A model generated the notes under the pieces. It was not told where the DNA came from and did no database searches. It worked only from the letters and a program-made list of their open reading frames with translations. From NCBI RefSeq assembly GCF_003945235.1, contig NZ_RSDW01000001.1, positions 270,001 to 302,000 on the forward strand: a stretch of 32,000 bases of DNA, written 5' to 3'. Both the position numbers and the translations under genes were made by a program. Below are positions 19,171 to 27,155 of the stretch, in pieces. Within the stretch, counting starts at the first letter, position 1. Every line of letters begins with the position of its first letter. This DNA is from Edaphobacter aggregans. Lineage in GTDB: Bacteria; Acidobacteriota; Terriglobia; Terriglobales; Acidobacteriaceae.

Positions 19171-19239
19171 AATCCTCGCTCATTTTAAGTATAGCGGCCC
19201 TTTGCCTGAGTCCCGGTATTCGCGCTACCCTTTACCTCT

Positions 19240-19803
19240 ATGTCCAATAGCACGCCCACATTCCCCCCCGCCGAAACCATGCCGATCCTGTTCACCAAAG
19301 ACCAAATCGCCGAACGCACTAAGGCCATCGGCGCCCAGATCACCGCCGACTACGCCGGCCAGTCCATCGTCCTCATCGGAGTCCTCAAAGGCGCAGCCAT
19401 CTTCCTCGCCGACCTCGCCCGCGCCATCAACGTTGACAACACCTTCGACTTCGTCGCTGTCTCCAGCTACGGCCGCGCCCGCGTCTCCTCCGGCGCCGTT
19501 AAGCTCATCAAGGACATCGACAACCCTATCGAAGGCAAGCACGTTATCATCGTCGAAGACATCCTCGACACCGGCCTCACTCTCAGCTATCTCCGCGGCC
19601 TGATGCTCCAGCACAAGCCCGCCTCCCTCAAGATCGCCACCTGCCTCGACAAGCCCGAGCGTCGCCTCGTCCCCATCGAAGCCGACTACGTGGCCTTCAA
19701 AATCCCCAACCAGTTTGTCATCGGCTACGGCATGGACTTTGCCGAGCGCTATCGCGGCGTAGACGACATCCGCCTCTTCCCCGAAGAAGCCGCAGGCCAC
19801 TAA
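19240..19803 (+). CDS. hpt: hypoxanthine phosphoribosyltransferase
   Basis: 187 aa with PRPP-binding motif VIIVEDILDTGLTLSYL and the GYGMDF motif. Confidence 0.92.
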   Translation: MSNSTPTFPPAETMPILFTKDQIAERTKAIGAQITADYAGQSIVLIGVLKGAAIFLADLARAINVDNTFDFVAVSSYGRARVSSGAVKLIKDIDNPIEGKHVIIVEDILDTGLTLSYLRGLMLQHKPASLKIATCLDKPERRLVPIEADYVAFKIPNQFVIGYGMDFAERYRGVDDIRLFPEEAAGH

Positions 19804-19825
19804 CACCCAAGGCGCTCAATGAGTC

Positions 19826-19856
19826 GGCACTCTCATCCTCCTGAGCTGAGAATGCC
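19826..19856 (+). terminator. stem-loop after hpt
   Basis: ggcactctca[11 nt]tgagaatgcc pairs at 9 of 10 positions and is followed by the T-rich ttctcagttcatt. Confidence 0.45.
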
Positions 19857-20146
19857 TTCTCAGTTCATTCGCCCAAATTCCCTCTGGACTTGATTTCAAC
19901 CTCTTGCTAGGCTAAAACCATCTCTTTGGCAGCCACGTTCGCCGGGGCAGTGGATAGTTCGGTTCGCCAACTTTATTCGACCTTGAACCACGAAAGATAG
20001 CAGGTTCAGGCAGACAAATATCTTCGACCGTACGACACAGCGGCATGACCGATCCGCGGCAGCTGCAGATAAAACCTTATTTCCTCCCGAGTCTGAGATC
20101 TTCAGATTTCTGAACTTAAAGATCGATCTAAAGGCGGAGACAAGAT

Positions 20147-20875
20147 ATGCTTACTCTCGACCCCCAGAAATTGCTTGAACAACAACTTGCGGAGTCACAC
20201 AGACGATTTCCTGGCCCGGACTATCAGAAGGTTCTTCGTTGGGTCCATCAAACACTGAAGCCATCTCTTTACATCGAAATCGGAGTCGAATGCGGAGATT
20301 CGCTCCTCAACACCCTTCCCACCACCAAATCGATCGGCATCGATCCATCTCCCAGATGTAAATCGCGACCTAACGTAGATATCTACGCCATGACAAGCGA
20401 CGACTTCTTCGCTCAGGTCGAGGCTGGCACTATATCCGGGGTCAGTGGTTATTCCCTCGCGTTCATCGACGGTCTCCACACCTACGATCAGGCTTTACGC
20501 GACTTCATCAATCTCGAGAAGCTCTCTTCTACAGACTCCGTCATCATGCTTCACGACTGCATTCCGCTCGACGAGATCTCCGCATCCAACCCACGCGCCT
20601 CGCAGTTCTACACCGGCGACGTATGGAAGACGCTGTTGATCCTCGTCCGCAACCGGCCCGATTTGAAAATCTGCATCATCCCGACCTGGCCTAGCGGACT
20701 CGTTTTGGTTAGCGGCCTCAACTCCAAATCCGAAGTTCTCAACGAGAAGTTTTCAGTGCTTGTCGATCAATATCGGCCGCTCAGGTTCGCTGATTACTCT
20801 TCAACGACCAGTGAACTTCCCTCTCCCACTCCGATCAAAGAAGCAGCCGTTAAGCAATTCTTGCAGGCTTCCTGA
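20147..20875 (+). CDS. class I SAM-dependent methyltransferase-like protein (Methyltransf_24-like)
   Basis: 242 aa. YIEIGVECGDS is a glycine-rich SAM loop. LAFIDGLHTYDQALRDF and GDVWK motifs are present. GC is clearly below the window average. Confidence 0.65.
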   Translation: MLTLDPQKLLEQQLAESHRRFPGPDYQKVLRWVHQTLKPSLYIEIGVECGDSLLNTLPTTKSIGIDPSPRCKSRPNVDIYAMTSDDFFAQVEAGTISGVSGYSLAFIDGLHTYDQALRDFINLEKLSSTDSVIMLHDCIPLDEISASNPRASQFYTGDVWKTLLILVRNRPDLKICIIPTWPSGLVLVSGLNSKSEVLNEKFSVLVDQYRPLRFADYSSTTSELPSPTPIKEAAVKQFLQAS

Positions 20876-20965
20876 AGTCAATCAGTCGTCCTCACTGCTC
20901 GCCATTCGGCATGCCTACCGTGAATCCCATAAAGTCCCGACATATGGTTTCCATTGCAGATCACT

Positions 20966-21979
20966 CTAATCATGCCCAGCCAGCAACTCATAACTCCGAA
21001 TCCTCTTCGCATGTTCCCAGACAATCGTATTCACAACCAACTCATCAATCCCCAGTTCCCCAGACATCTGCTCTAACTCCTCGCGCACCTTAGCTGGGGT
21101 CCCCACAAAATACCGCGGCCACTCCCCTTCCTCCATAGGCACATCTCCAAGCAGCCGCAGCTCCCGCAAAGCATCCTCAGGCGAGGACACCGGCCTCCGA
21201 TCCCCAAGCCGAATCCGCCGCTGCAGCAACCTCACGCTCGAAGCCAGAAACTCCGCCTCCTCCTGTGTCTCCGCACAAATAACCCCCACAGCCACCGTAG
21301 CCTCGGGTTTCTCCCGCCGAACCCCGCCCCGAAAGCCACGCATATAAGCCTCAATCGCCTGCCGCGTTTTTACGGGCGAAAAGAAGTGGGCGAAGGAATA
21401 AGGCAGCCCAAATTCAACCGCAGCAGCCGAACTCCACATGCTCGACCCCAGCATCCACACATCCGGCCCACCCGGCATAGCCGGCATCACTCTCACTCGA
21501 TCAAAAGGGTGCCCCTCCGGAAACTCCTCCTCCAAAAACGCAAGCAGTTCCCCAACCTGCTCGGGAAAATCATCCTCCATTGGAGTTCTTCTGCTCCGCC
21601 TCAGCGCCAACATCTCCGTCGGGCCACCCCCGGGAGCCCGCCCAATCCCAAGATCCACCCGCCCCGGATAAAGCGCATACAAAGTCCGAAACACCTCCGC
21701 CACCTTCAGCGGAGTGTAGTGCGGCAACATAATCCCACCCGACCCAATTCGAATTCGCTTCGTCTCGGCCCCAATCCGCGCCAACATGATCTCTGGAGCC
21801 GTACATGCCAGCGTATCCATCGCATGGTGCTCCGACATCCAGAACCGCCTATACCCGAGTTCATCCACCCGCCGCGCCAACGCAATCGAGTTCTGCAAAG
21901 CCTCAGCCGGCGTACTTCCCGCCGGAACCGGCGACTGATCCAGCACAGACAGCCGCAACCCACCCGTCCCTTTACTCAT
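20966..21979 (-). CDS. LLM-class (luciferase-like) flavin-dependent oxidoreductase
   Basis: The ATG at 21979 gives MSKGTGGLRLSVLDQSPV..LGYRRFWMSEHH, typical of the luciferase-family group-1 oxidoreductases. The track ORF extends to GTG 22015. Confidence 0.85.
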   Translation of the reverse strand: MSKGTGGLRLSVLDQSPVPAGSTPAEALQNSIALARRVDELGYRRFWMSEHHAMDTLACTAPEIMLARIGAETKRIRIGSGGIMLPHYTPLKVAEVFRTLYALYPGRVDLGIGRAPGGGPTEMLALRRSRRTPMEDDFPEQVGELLAFLEEEFPEGHPFDRVRVMPAMPGGPDVWMLGSSMWSSAAAVEFGLPYSFAHFFSPVKTRQAIEAYMRGFRGGVRREKPEATVAVGVICAETQEEAEFLASSVRLLQRRIRLGDRRPVSSPEDALRELRLLGDVPMEEGEWPRYFVGTPAKVREELEQMSGELGIDELVVNTIVWEHAKRIRSYELLAGHD

Positions 21980-22173
21980 ACCCGTTAGATGACCCACCCC
22001 AACCCAATGAACCACTCCGTCGTGGACAACCCATTACTCTGTCGTCATTGCCTGCTGTTTCCCGTTCCCTGTTTTTCTGTCAAGCCCCAAATAGCAAATC
22101 CCCGCGTCAATCAAGGACAATCCCGTGCACAGTAATTAGCTCCAATTCGATATAATGGTTATAGAGAACAAAG

Positions 22174-22195
22174 AAGCCCCGCTTCGGTGGGGCTT
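22174..22195. terminator. orphan UUCG-tetraloop hairpin with T-rich flanks on both strands
   Basis: aagccccgc[ttcg]gtggggctt is followed by ttgctttgg on the + strand and by cttctttgttctct on the - strand. No gene on either strand reads into it. Confidence 0.5.
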
Positions 22196-22419
22196 TTGCT
22201 TTGGCTACAATTAATCCTTTTGTAATGAATACCTTGAAAGCGTTGTCATTTAGAATCAATAACTTAGGGAGACAAAACCGGGAAGTCCAGCCATAACATT
22301 CATAAAATCAATACTTTGCATACATAAGGTACCCCTTGGGGATACCACAATTTAAGCCAGCCGCAACCTCCGTATGATAGAAACAGACCGGCACAGACGA
22401 CCGCGCCGAAGGAGTAACG

Positions 22420-23211
22420 TTGAGCACCCTGACCATCTCTGAACCCCTACCCACCGGCCCAGGAAAATTCGAAGCAACAGTCTTCGCAGCCCATGCCCTC
22501 TCTTCGCCCCAGAATCTCGCGGCCATCATCGACCACACCCTATCCAAACCGGACGCGACCCGCGCTCAAGTCCTCCAGCACTGCCACGAGGCCGCCGAGT
22601 ATCACTTCGCCTGCGCTATGGTCAGCCCTACCTGGGTCTCCCTCGCCGCCTCTGCCCTCCAGGGCACCGGCGTCCCCGTAGGCGTCTTCATCGGCTTCCC
22701 CCTGGGTGCCACCCTCTCCGCGTCAAAACGCGATGAAACCATCCGCGTCCTCAAGCAGGGCGCTCATGACATCGACATGGTCATGAACATCGGCCTCCTC
22801 AAGTCTGGCGAGTCCAGCGACTACGAGGCCGTCAAGCAGGACATACGCGGAGTCGTCGAGCTCGCCCACGCATCCGGCGCCATCGTCAAGGTCATCCTGG
22901 AGACCTGCCTCCTCACCTTCGAGGAGAAGCTCCGCGCCTCCGAGCTCGCCCTGAGTGCCGGGGCAGACTTCCTTAAGACCAGCACTGGCTTCTCCACCGG
23001 CGGAGCCACAGCCGACGACATCTCCCTGCTCCGCGGCGTAGCCGGCCACCGCGCCGGTGTCAAAGCATCCGGCGGCATCCGCTCCCTGGCCGACGCCACC
23101 ACCATGCTCCGGGCTGGAGCCTCTCGCATTGGAGCCAGCGCCAGCGTCAAGATCGTCACTGAACTCAAAGGTCAGGACACCACATCGTCCGAACCTGCAT
23201 CCTCTTATTGA
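22420..23211 (+). CDS. deoC: deoxyribose-phosphate aldolase
   Basis: 263 aa with a TTG start as tracked. Class I aldolase motifs are present, including the Schiff-base lysine context DFLKTSTGF and VKASGGIR. Confidence 0.85.
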   Translation: MSTLTISEPLPTGPGKFEATVFAAHALSSPQNLAAIIDHTLSKPDATRAQVLQHCHEAAEYHFACAMVSPTWVSLAASALQGTGVPVGVFIGFPLGATLSASKRDETIRVLKQGAHDIDMVMNIGLLKSGESSDYEAVKQDIRGVVELAHASGAIVKVILETCLLTFEEKLRASELALSAGADFLKTSTGFSTGGATADDISLLRGVAGHRAGVKASGGIRSLADATTMLRAGASRIGASASVKIVTELKGQDTTSSEPASSY

Positions 23212-23320
23212 CAAGGAGCCCGCGGTCAGAAAAAGTCGATGCTAACCCGTTGCGAAGTAGTTGCGTGGCCAAAGCAACTGCTCGCCCACAACCCCGGCAG
23301 TAGTATCATCGGCTCTTCGA

Positions 23321-25180
23321 ATGTCCATGGCTAACAAACCACGCCGCGCAGAACCGCCTGCCGCGCCAGCGCCGGAAGTATCTCCCGAACACCACTTCGA
23401 AGGAGACTACCGTCCACGCGAGCCGGAGACCGCGCAGCCTCCCAATATCCGCGTCGAGCCGCTCCAGGTGGACTTTCTTCACTCACTCGCCGACGCCCTC
23501 AACTCCACCCTCGACCTCAACACCCTGATGCATCGGGTGGCCGACCTCGTCCGCGCCGTCATCGACTACCGCATCTTCGCGATTCTGCTGATCAACGACC
23601 GTACCCAGGAGCTCTGGATGCGCTTCCAGATCGGCCACACCCCCGAGATCGAGCGCACCCGCCTCAAGGTAGGCCGGGGCATAGTAGGCCAGGCCGCCCT
23701 CCAGCGCCGCTCCCTCCTCGTCGAAGACGTCTCGAAAGACGAGCACTACATATCCGCCAACCCCAACGTCCGCTCCGAGCTAGCCGTCCCGTTGATCGTA
23801 AAAAACAAAGTCATCGGCGTCCTCGACATCGAATCCGAAACCTCCGGCTTCTTCACCCCTGAACACCAGCGCTTGCTCGAGGTCGTCGCCTCGCGAATGG
23901 CCGTAGCGGTCGAGAACGCTCGCCTTTACACCCGCGTCTCCCGCCAAGCCCAGACCCTCACCGTTCTCAATGAGATCTCCCGTGAACTGACCAGCATCCT
24001 CGACCTCGACGACCTGCTAGAGCGCATCGGTCATCTCCTCAAGCGCGTCATCGACTTCCAGATGTTCACCATCCTGCTCTGGAATGAACGCACACAGCAG
24101 TTCGAACACCGCTTCTCCACCCGCTACGGCGAACGAGTCACCCGCGAACGCAACGTCACTCTCGGTAGAGGGATCATCGGCACCGCAGCCGAGCAGCGCG
24201 AACCGATCCTCGCACCGGACATACGCAAGGATTCGCGGTACGTACTCGAGAACCCCGAGACCCGTTCCGAACTCGCCGTCCCACTCATCTACAAGGGCCA
24301 AGTGATCGGCGTGGTCGACCTCGAGCACACCCGGGTGAACTACTACAACGAAGACCATCTGCGAACCCTGAGCACTTTGGGAGCACAGATCGCCATCTCC
24401 ATCGCCAACGCCCGCCTCTACCAACGCATCCATGAGGAAGAGCAGCGCATGGAACGCGACCTGGAGATGGCGCGCAAGGTCCAGCTTCGGCTAATGCCCT
24501 CACGCCCGCCCAGGCTCGAACGCGCCGAGATCGCCACGCAGTTCCTCGCCGCACGGTCGATCGGTGGAGACCTATACGACTTCCTCGACTACGGCCCGGG
24601 ACGCACTGCCGTTGCCGTAGGAGACGTCAGCGGCAAGGCCGCCCCAGCCGCCTTGTATGCAGCCCTGGTCAGCGGTATCCTGCGCTCGCTCGCACCACAA
24701 CATCTATCCCCTGCCGCCCTGCTAACAGCCCTCAACGACCAGCTTCAGGAACGCAAGCTCGACGCCCAGTACGTGACGATGCTCCTCGCCGTTTGGGACG
24801 ACTCAAACCAGACCTTGCAGGTCGCCAATGCCGGCTCGGTTCAGCCGCTCTTCGTTTCCATGAGAGCCAAAGGGCCAGAGGTCAAGACCATTCAGGCGGA
24901 AGGCTTCCCGCTGGGACTCTTTCCGAACGCGGAATATGAAGAGTTCACGCTCTCGACTCGTCCGGGCGACCTGATCGTCTTCTTCTCTGATGGCATCGTG
25001 GACGCTGTAAACGCCGCGGGCGACATGTTCGGCGACGCTCGCCTCAATGCGGTGTTGCAAGCTCAGTCGCATGCTACGGCAGCATCAACTGTAGAAGCCG
25101 TCCTGAAGGCCGTGTCGGATTTCCAGTCTGGTGTAGATCACTTCGACGATGAGACTGTTGTGGTTCTTCGTGTACTCTGA
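23321..25180 (+). CDS. GAF-GAF sensor fused to PP2C/SpoIIE-type protein phosphatase
   Basis: ATG at 23321 (MSMANKPRR); the track starts at TTG 23261. Two GAF-like units (..SELAVPLIVKNKVIGVLDIES.. and ..SELAVPLIYKGQVIGVVDLEH..). SpoIIE/PP2C motifs GGDLYDF, VAVGDVSGKAAPAAL, FFSDGIVDA. Confidence 0.85.
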   Translation: MSMANKPRRAEPPAAPAPEVSPEHHFEGDYRPREPETAQPPNIRVEPLQVDFLHSLADALNSTLDLNTLMHRVADLVRAVIDYRIFAILLINDRTQELWMRFQIGHTPEIERTRLKVGRGIVGQAALQRRSLLVEDVSKDEHYISANPNVRSELAVPLIVKNKVIGVLDIESETSGFFTPEHQRLLEVVASRMAVAVENARLYTRVSRQAQTLTVLNEISRELTSILDLDDLLERIGHLLKRVIDFQMFTILLWNERTQQFEHRFSTRYGERVTRERNVTLGRGIIGTAAEQREPILAPDIRKDSRYVLENPETRSELAVPLIYKGQVIGVVDLEHTRVNYYNEDHLRTLSTLGAQIAISIANARLYQRIHEEEQRMERDLEMARKVQLRLMPSRPPRLERAEIATQFLAARSIGGDLYDFLDYGPGRTAVAVGDVSGKAAPAALYAALVSGILRSLAPQHLSPAALLTALNDQLQERKLDAQYVTMLLAVWDDSNQTLQVANAGSVQPLFVSMRAKGPEVKTIQAEGFPLGLFPNAEYEEFTLSTRPGDLIVFFSDGIVDAVNAAGDMFGDARLNAVLQAQSHATAASTVEAVLKAVSDFQSGVDHFDDETVVVLRVL

Positions 25181-25243
25181 CAAAGCCCCCTTATAACTGG
25201 CTTGTTGCCCACTGCTGGCGCAAAACCATTTAAGCTAGAAGCA

Positions 25244-26545
25244 ATGTCTTCCATAGCGACTACTCAGATCATCCGTCCCGCCCGTACGCTGCAAGGTTCT
25301 CTTACCGTTCCTGGCGACAAGTCTATTTCTCACCGTTACGCGATGCTTGCCGGTATTGCCGAGGGCACTTCGAAACTTTCGAATTTCTCTACTGGGGCTG
25401 ATCCTCACTCTTCGTTGGGGTGCATGGAGGCGCTGGGAGCTACCGTCGTTCGAGGTGCGGATAAGACCGTTGAGGTGACTGGGACTGCGGGGAGCTTTAT
25501 CCAGCCTGCGGGTGCGCTGGACTGCGGGAACTCCGGGTCGACGATGCGCATGCTGGCGGGCCTGATTGCTCCGCATCCGCATACGTTCACCATGATCGGC
25601 GACCACTCGCTGACGATGCGTCCGATGGAGCGGATTCGCAAGCCGTTGATGCAGATGGGTGCGAAGATCGACCTGGTGGACGGTCATGCTCCGATTACTA
25701 TTCACGGCGGCCCGTTGACGGCGATCGACTTCGATACTCCGATTCCCAGCGCGCAGGTGAAGACTGCGGTGCTGTTTGCCGGTCTTCAGGCCGAGGGGAC
25801 TACCAGCCTGTCGGAGGCGGTGCGGACGCGCGACCACTCTGAACATGCTCTGCGGGCGTTTGGAGCTACGCTTACTCGGACGGGCGAAAGGCTCAGCATC
25901 GCTGGAGGCCAGAAGCTGAAGGCTATTGAGGCTACTGTTCCCGGTGATCTCTCCTCGGCTGCGTTCTTCCTGTGTGCTGCGTTGTTGTTTCCCGACTCGA
26001 ATCTTGTTCTTGATTCGATTGGAATGAACCCTACCCGGGCAGCGTTGCTGGATGTGATTGTTGCGCTGGGGGGTAGGATCAAGGTGCTCCAGGTTGAGGA
26101 GCATCATGGCGAGATGATCGGCACGATTCAGGTCAATGTTGCGCCGGGCGGGCTGAAGGGTGCTGAGATCTCTGGGGCGCTTTCGGCTCAGATCATCGAC
26201 GAGCTGCCGGTGTTGGCGGCGATTGCTCCATACACTCGTGACGGCATCACCATTCGCGATGCGAAGGAGCTGCGCGTGAAGGAGTCAGATCGTATCGCTT
26301 TGGTGGCGAAGAACCTAAAGGCCATGGGGGCGGAGTTCACCGAGTACGAAGATGGTCTTGCGATTCCCGGCAATCAGAAGCTGCATGGTGCGGTGATCGA
26401 CTCAGGCTTCGACCATCGTATTGCGATGGCTTTTTCGGTTGCGGCTCTAAGGGCTAGCAGTGAAAACGAGATTCAGGGCGCTGAGGCGGCTGCGATCTCG
26501 TTTCCAGAGTTCTTCACCTACCTCGATTCATTGTGCCAGTGCTGA
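25244..26545 (+). CDS. aroA: 3-phosphoshikimate 1-carboxyvinyltransferase (EPSP synthase), class II-type motifs
   Basis: ATG at 25244 (MSSIATTQIIRP). Motifs PGDKSISHR, GNSGSTMRML, SAQVKTAVL, RDHSE and NPTR match the class II EPSPS signatures (GDKx, SAQxK, RxHxE, NxTR). Confidence 0.93.
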   Translation: MSSIATTQIIRPARTLQGSLTVPGDKSISHRYAMLAGIAEGTSKLSNFSTGADPHSSLGCMEALGATVVRGADKTVEVTGTAGSFIQPAGALDCGNSGSTMRMLAGLIAPHPHTFTMIGDHSLTMRPMERIRKPLMQMGAKIDLVDGHAPITIHGGPLTAIDFDTPIPSAQVKTAVLFAGLQAEGTTSLSEAVRTRDHSEHALRAFGATLTRTGERLSIAGGQKLKAIEATVPGDLSSAAFFLCAALLFPDSNLVLDSIGMNPTRAALLDVIVALGGRIKVLQVEEHHGEMIGTIQVNVAPGGLKGAEISGALSAQIIDELPVLAAIAPYTRDGITIRDAKELRVKESDRIALVAKNLKAMGAEFTEYEDGLAIPGNQKLHGAVIDSGFDHRIAMAFSVAALRASSENEIQGAEAAAISFPEFFTYLDSLCQC

Positions 26546-26549
26546 GACC

Positions 26550-26587
26550 GGACTTACGGGTACCCCCCTGGGGGTACTTGTAAGTCC
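26550..26587 (+). terminator. 18-bp hairpin immediately after aroA
   Basis: ggacttacgggtaccccc-ct-gggggtacttgtaagtcc has two G.T pairs. It starts 4 nt after the stop and is followed by the T/C-rich taaagtcttctttctacttc. Confidence 0.55.
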
Positions 26588-26631
26588 TAAAGTCTTCTTT
26601 CTACTTCGCTTAGCTTTGGACTTCGTCTGTC
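26582..26631 (+). repeat. 50-nt direct repeat, copy A (internal hairpin aagtcc-t-aaag...ctttggactt)
   Basis: aagtcctaaagtcttctttctacttcgcttagctttggacttcgtctgtc. By hand alignment, 44 of 50 positions are identical to copy B. Confidence 0.85.
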
Positions 26632-26701
26632 ATTGTTGCTCATTAACCTTCCCAAAGACCGAGGCTAAAGCCTTTGTAACCGGCTGATTTTCGCAGGGCT
26701 A

Positions 26702-26785
26702 AAGTCCTGCGCTTCCACCGAAAGGCAAAAAGCAGGACTTGCCATAGCCTTAGCCTTGCACTCCTACCGAAAGACAAAGACAAGG
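26702..26785 (+). repeat. two paralogous stem-loops between the direct repeats
   Basis: aagtcctgc[21]gcaggactt (26702-26740, 9-bp perfect stem) and ccttg[22]caagg (26754-26785). Their loops are similar (ccaccgaaaggcaaaaa versus cctaccgaaagacaaaga). Confidence 0.6.
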
Positions 26786-26870
26786 ATTTTCTGCGGCTTG
26801 GGACATCACCTTCAACCAGCGATCAGGGTAGAGGTTCGTTAGCGACGGAAATCTATGCCCTCGGCACCGC

Positions 26871-26920
26871 AAGTCCTAAAGTATTCTTTCTACATTACTT
26901 AGCTTTGGACTTCCTTTGTC
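26871..26920 (+). repeat. 50-nt direct repeat, copy B
   Basis: aagtcctaaagtattctttctacattacttagctttggacttcctttgtc. Confidence 0.85.
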
Positions 26921-27104
26921 GGGCATCCAGGCCACTAGCGAATTTCCGTCCTATTTCTGTTGTAGGAAATAGAAGGTAATTGTTCAGCATGCGAATCTTC
27001 AGTGTTGGTGCGGGTTTTGTAGTTTTGGGGCTTGACAGCGCGAAAATGGGCTGTTTTTGGGCGAAAGAATCTTGAAGGCTTGTCGGTCAATGGCAGGAAC
27101 AGCC

Positions 27105-27155
27105 GATCCCCTTCGGGGATGACAACAAGAAAAGCAACGGCAAGAGCAACAACAG
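27105..27155 (-). repeat. short intergenic repeat, ttgc-tttctt-tgtcatcccc-gaag-gggga type
   Basis: The reverse complement reads ctgttgttgctcttgccgttgcttttcttgttgtcatccccgaaggggatc. It contains the hairpin atcccc[ttcg]ggggat and sits immediately downstream of the GT9 gene stop, in that gene's orientation. Confidence 0.6.

Noticed and set aside
22225-22296. 23-aa ORF (MNTLKALSFRINNLGRQNREVQP) and other tiny ORFs in the AT-rich spacer.
   Set aside because: No ribosome-binding site, no conservation evidence available, and a length compatible with chance in AT-rich DNA.
25181-25243. Looked for a XerCD dif-like site (inverted ~11-bp arms around a 6-bp centre, ATAA..TTATG core) or DnaA boxes at the skew transition. 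I also looked in the spacers at 22016-22419 and 26546-27164.
   Set aside because: No convincing match by eye. ATTTAAG at 25226 and CATAA repeats at 22293-22310 do not form the required palindrome. A proper HMM or PWM search is needed.
26582-26920. Two 50-nt direct repeats considered as a possible minimal CRISPR array.
   Set aside because: There are only two copies, they are 88% identical rather than identical, and they are separated by about 239 nt (far longer than a spacer). No cas genes or leader are present. A hairpin-repeat element fits better.
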